Positions 58,814-64,000 of a DNA stretch of 64,000 nt are shown here, one piece after another. The notes under the pieces are model-generated. The model was not told the origin of the DNA. It was given only the letters and a program-made list of their open reading frames with translations, and did not search any database. Position numbers and translations under genes: made by a program. The stretch comes from Selaginella moellendorffii (lineage: Eukaryota > Plantae > Lycopodiophyta), in the NCBI RefSeq assembly GCF_000143415.4, contig NW_003314267.1, positions 3,617,138 through 3,681,137 of the forward strand, read 5' to 3'. Numbering within the stretch: position 1 is the stretch's first letter; each line of letters begins with the position of its first letter.

Positions 58814-61228
58814 TTAGAGCATCTTTCCTTCTTTTATTCTCTTTGGCGCTTGGAATATTCTTCCAACCGGAGAGGATCTTTCACGAAAGATACTAGCGAC
58901 CGTCATGTACGTGGCCGAGTTCTCGGGGTCCATCTCCAAGGCCTGCTGGAACACACGCTTCCCTCTCTCCACATCGTTGTGAACCTTGCAAGCTCCCAGC
59001 AGCGATCCCCATGCGATCTCATCCGGCATAAACGGCATAGCTCCCAGCAAATCCTCCGCCAGCTCCAGCTTCCCGGATCGACCATAGACATCCACCATGC
59101 ACGAGTAGTGCTCCCTCCACGCACCCAGCCCAAAGTCAGACACCATTGACACGAAATGCCCCACGCCGATCTCCACGAGTCCAACATGGCTGCAAGCCAC
59201 GAGAACACTCAAGAAGGTGATCTCGCTCGCCTTGATCCCGCAGAGTTTCATCGCGTCGAAGAGCTCCAGCGCGTAATCTCCATGCCCGTTGTGCGCGAGC
59301 ACCGTGATCATCGCATTCCACGCCACAGTGTCCTGCTCCGGCATCGAGAGAAACATCGACTTGGCCTGCTCGATCCGCCCGTTTTGCGCAAGCCCCGCAA
59401 GCATCACCGTCCAGGACACGGAGTCATGCACAGGCATCGCGTTAAACGCCGCCAGCGCTTCATGCATATGCCCTGCCTGGGCATATGCGACCAGCATCGT
59501 ATTCCACGACACAACATTCGGCTGCGGGATACAGTCAAACGTATGCTTTGCGTTCACTTGCAACCCTTTGTCCGCATACATGATCATCATTGTGTTCCAC
59601 GACACAACATCTCTGTCGGGCATCTCCTGAAACACACTCCGCGCGGACTCCAGATGCCCGTTTTGGGCATAAGCCGACATCATCGCATTCCAGGCGACAA
59701 GATCCCTCTCCGGCATGCCGTCAAACACCGCTTTCGCGGTCTCCATGTCCCCCGATTCCCCATACGCCGACAGCATTGTCGCGCGCGACACGACATTCTG
59801 CTCCGGCATCTTGTCGTACAGCCCCTTGGCGGCGGTCAACTCCCCACGTTGACAATACGCGGCGGTCAGCGCGGTCCATGAGACGAGGTCCCGCTGTGGC
59901 ATGAGCTCAAACATTCTTTTGGCGCTCTCCATATGCCCGTTCTGGGCATACGCGCCCATCATCGCGTTCCACGAGACCATGCTGTGCTCGGGCATCTTGT
60001 CAAACGCCGCCTTGGCGGCATCCAAATCCCCGTCCTGGGAGTAAGCTCCCACAATCGCGGTGTACGAGATCACGTCCTTGCCGGGCATGGTATCAAAGAG
60101 CTTCTTCGTTCCAGCGATGGTGGAGTTTTGGGCATAGCCCTGGAGGAGCGCGTTCCAAGAGACGACGTTCCACTCCGGCATTGAGTTAAAGACGCTCTTG
60201 GCAGCCGTGAGATCGCCGGTGTCGCCGAAAACCACGATCATCGTCGTCCAAGACACCACATTCCTCTGCGGCATCGCGTCGAAGGCCTTCTTCGCTCGAT
60301 CGGCATGGCCGAGATCGGCGAAACCGGCCATGAGCGTGTTCCATGACACAACATCACGGCTGGGCACCGAATCAAAGAGGCTCTTGGCCTCGCTGATCTG
60401 CCCGTTTAGAGCGTAGGCCGTGATCATCCCATTCCACACCACGACGCTGTGCTCGGGCATCTTTCGAAACATCATCTCGGCCTCGCTGGGGTGGCCGTTC
60501 TCTGCGTAGCACATCAGGATCGTCGTCCAGGAGATGATATCCCTCTCGGGCATCCGATCAAACACCGACTTTGCCTCCTTTAAATGCCCACTCTGGGCAT
60601 ATGCCTGAAGAACAGTGTTCCACGAAATGCGATTCGGCCTCGGGATTTTCTCGAACATTTTCACAGCCTCTTCGGTTTCTCCAGCGTTTGCGTACGCCGC
60701 CACCAGCGCGTTCCACGACACGACACTTTTTTCTGGCATCTTGTCGAACAAATCTCGAGAGGCTCGCAAATGACCCTTCTGGGCAAGCAGCGTGATCATC
60801 ATGTTGTGGGACATGACATCGGGTTGTGGCATGCTATTGAAGAGTTCTTGAGCTTCCGCGAGGTGGCCATCTTGCGCATAAGCTTTGATTATGGTTCCAT
60901 ACGTGACGGCGTCCGGGACGGGGACGCGATCGAAGAGTTCCTTGGCATCGGCAAGATGCCCGTTCTCGGCATAAGCTTGGATCATCGAATTCCAGGTAAA
61001 GGAATTGGGGGTCTCGATGGAATCGAAGAGGGCGCGCGCGGCGGCGGCTGCCTTGCACTTGCCGTAGGCCTGGAGGAGGAGATTGGCAAGGTAGATGTTG
61101 GATCTGTGGCGCTCGCTGGCGGCGATTATGGCGTGGAGGCGGCGCGCCTGCGCGAGATCCCTGGAACGCCCGCATTGCCGGATGGATTCCGCGAGCTCCT
61201 CGACGGAGCTGGGAGGAGAACGAAGCAT
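58814..61228 (-). CDS. PLS-class PPR protein with a long run of 31-aa repeats and an E domain, no DYW
   Basis: About 18-19 F..MP...VVSWN.M..AYA..G...A repeats; ACSHVGLV..HYSCMVD..GRSG..MPFMPD..W.SLLGACKVH. Confidence 0.93.
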   Translation of the reverse strand: MLRSPPSSVEELAESIRQCGRSRDLAQARRLHAIIAASERHRSNIYLANLLLQAYGKCKAAAAARALFDSIETPNSFTWNSMIQAYAENGHLADAKELFDRVPVPDAVTYGTIIKAYAQDGHLAEAQELFNSMPQPDVMSHNMMITLLAQKGHLRASRDLFDKMPEKSVVSWNALVAAYANAGETEEAVKMFEKIPRPNRISWNTVLQAYAQSGHLKEAKSVFDRMPERDIISWTTILMCYAENGHPSEAEMMFRKMPEHSVVVWNGMITAYALNGQISEAKSLFDSVPSRDVVSWNTLMAGFADLGHADRAKKAFDAMPQRNVVSWTTMIVVFGDTGDLTAAKSVFNSMPEWNVVSWNALLQGYAQNSTIAGTKKLFDTMPGKDVISYTAIVGAYSQDGDLDAAKAAFDKMPEHSMVSWNAMMGAYAQNGHMESAKRMFELMPQRDLVSWTALTAAYCQRGELTAAKGLYDKMPEQNVVSRATMLSAYGESGDMETAKAVFDGMPERDLVAWNAMMSAYAQNGHLESARSVFQEMPDRDVVSWNTMMIMYADKGLQVNAKHTFDCIPQPNVVSWNTMLVAYAQAGHMHEALAAFNAMPVHDSVSWTVMLAGLAQNGRIEQAKSMFLSMPEQDTVAWNAMITVLAHNGHGDYALELFDAMKLCGIKASEITFLSVLVACSHVGLVEIGVGHFVSMVSDFGLGAWREHYSCMVDVYGRSGKLELAEDLLGAMPFMPDEIAWGSLLGACKVHNDVERGKRVFQQALEMDPENSATYMTVASIFRERSSPVGRIFQAPKRIKEGKML

Positions 61229-61411
61229 CTCTAAGGCATATTCAACGGTATTGTCTTAGGACAGCGACACGTCAAGACATGTCTGACACGTGTCTACGCG
61301 GTGTGAGTCAGATTTTTTTATTTAAAGCACACGTAAGCATATATATAGTGTCACTGGCGTTTTAGGGCTAGCCATTAGGTTTTTAGAAAAGAAGGAAGAT
61401 CCGGGAGCTAG

Positions 61412-62439
<1,028 letters not shown>

Positions 62440-62677
62440 AAACGAAAGATCAAGCTATCAACCAAGAGAAAAAAAAGAAAAATTCTTTGGGATCAAACGA
62501 CTCACAAGATAGATAGACTGTTCGTGAATAATTCTTGGCGCTATTCCTCCTGTACAAAGCTTTATCGTGATGGTCTTTCCTTTATCTTTCTTAACCATGT
62601 AAAGCAACCGATACTAGCATATTCTGTCACTGGAAGGAACATTTCGTCAGAGTGCCGTAGATGAATATTCTCCCGGC

Positions 62678-62704
62678 AACGGCTACAATTTACTTGTGGC
62701 CGTT
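62678..62704. promoter_or_regulatory. Two MSA elements (AACGGYYA, MYB3R sites) upstream of cyclin B
   Basis: AACGGCTA at 62678 (+) and AACGGCCA at 62697-62704 (-), followed by TATAAT near 62721. Confidence 0.65.
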
Positions 62705-62819
62705 CACAGTGGTCCGAGCTTATAATTCTATTGTGTGTGTTCTAGGGCTCCTCCTCGTTTCTCTCTCTCTCTCTCGCCATAGCCAGGGCTCCCATCCATC
62801 GATCGATCAGGCAAAGAAG

Positions 62820-64000
62820 ATGCAGACGCGAAGCCGGCGAGCTCTTGGCGACATCGGCAATCTCGTGCGGCCTCCGCCGCAGCAAGGCGCGGAGCTGAGC
62901 AAGCCGCCGCTCACCAGGCGCCGGGCGCAAGCAATCAAGGCCGCTGGCGCCGGCGCCGCGGCAGTGAAGCCCCCGGTCCCGACGCTGCCTATCCGGAAGG
63001 AAAAGGAGCCAACGCTCACAGCGCAGCTCACTGCTCGTAGCGAGGTATGCTAATTTCCTTTGTCGCATCGTTTCCTTCCATGGATCTTCTTCGTTTCCTT
63101 TCTTCACTGGAATTTTTTCCTTCGTGGTTTTGCTGGATCAATGCTTGATCGATTCTTCGTTTTTCCCTGGCAGGCAGCATGCGGATTCGACGCGGAGATG
63201 GTGGACGCTACCTCTACGCCCGTCGCCGAGGAGCCTCTTCCAAACATCGACGAGCACGACGTGGGGAATCAATTGGCGGTCACGGACTACGTCGAGGATA
63301 TCTACAGCTTCTATCGCAAGGCCGAGGTACAGAGCTGTGCGGCGCCCGAGTATATGAAGCAGCAACCGGAGATCAACGATAAGATGCGCGCGATACTCGT
63401 CGACTGGTTGATCGAGGTGTGTGAAAACTCTACTCTCTCATTTGTTCTTCTTCTTTGTGCTAGAGAGTTCTTATCTGTGATAGAGATCTCATGGCGTGAT
63501 GGCTTTTCTTGTTCTTTCGCAGGTCCATCTCAAGTTTAAGCTCATGCCGGAAACACTCTACCTCACGATCAACATCATCGACCGCTACCTCTCGCTACAG
63601 CAAGTCTCGAGAAAGTATCTCCAGCTCGTCGGAGTGACTTCGATGCTTATCGCGGCCAAGTACGAGGAAGTTTGGGCCCCTGTGGTTGGCGACTTTGTAT
63701 TTATTTCCGATGATGCCTACACCGATGATCAATTACTGTCCATGGTACGTACTCGAGAATTTGGCTTTAGATCTGCTTGCTGAACTCTTCTTTTCTTCTT
63801 TTCTTGTTCTTCATCTCAGGAAAAGAAGATGCTCAACACGCTGCGTTTCAACCTGACTGTTCCGACGCCTTACGTATTCGTGGTGCGTTTTCTCAAAGCA
63901 GCTGCCTCCGACCGACAGGTGAATTGGTCTTTCTTCCAGGCAAACTCAAAAGCTCTGGCTGACTTGCAATGAACAGATGAACTTGCTCGCCTTCTTCTTT
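62820..64000 (+). CDS. CYCB: B-type cyclin, truncated by the window end
   Basis: D-box RRALGDIGN; cyclin box MRAILVDWLIEVH.KFKLMPETLYLT, LQLVGVTSMLIAAKYEE. Confidence 0.93.

Noticed and set aside
61285-61294. G-box palindrome GACACGTGTC in the PPR/RabB divergent promoter
   Set aside because: A single common motif, not enough for a functional claim

Overview
Eukaryotic, very gene-dense plant genomic DNA with introns of about 50-80 bp. A flavodiiron gene, short-repeat PLS PPR genes and the compact layout point to a non-angiosperm land plant, most likely the lycophyte Selaginella (inference, no database search run). Bases 1-27.5 kb are a tandem array of family-1 UDP-glycosyltransferases (UGTs): 11 intact genes, two chimeric pseudogenes, a recent ~2.75-kb triplication and one inverted copy, interrupted by a PPR gene and xanthine dehydrogenase. 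A 12th UGT lies at 36-37.6 kb. Bases 27.9-32.8 kb are a decayed duplicate of the INDL/ELF1 gene pair split by a degenerate CACTA-like transposase. The rest holds LURP-one-like, INDL, ELF1, an unusual intronless non-RD kinase-ankyrin gene followed by tandem exon-intron cassettes, VPS46/CHMP1, a bacterial-type endonuclease I, phospholipase A1, Lifeguard/BI-1, FLVA, a tRNA-binding OB-fold protein, a FLY1/TUL1 E3 ligase, a U-box/ARM E3 ligase, pantothenate synthetase, a second PPR, RabB and a partial cyclin B. The best candidates for novelty are the kinase-ankyrin locus with its repeated splice cassettes, the INDL/ELF1 start codons only 48 bp apart around an inverted telo-box pair, the recombination record of the UGT array, and a GNATATNC motif recurring at gene boundaries. 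Spliced CDS coordinates were read by eye.
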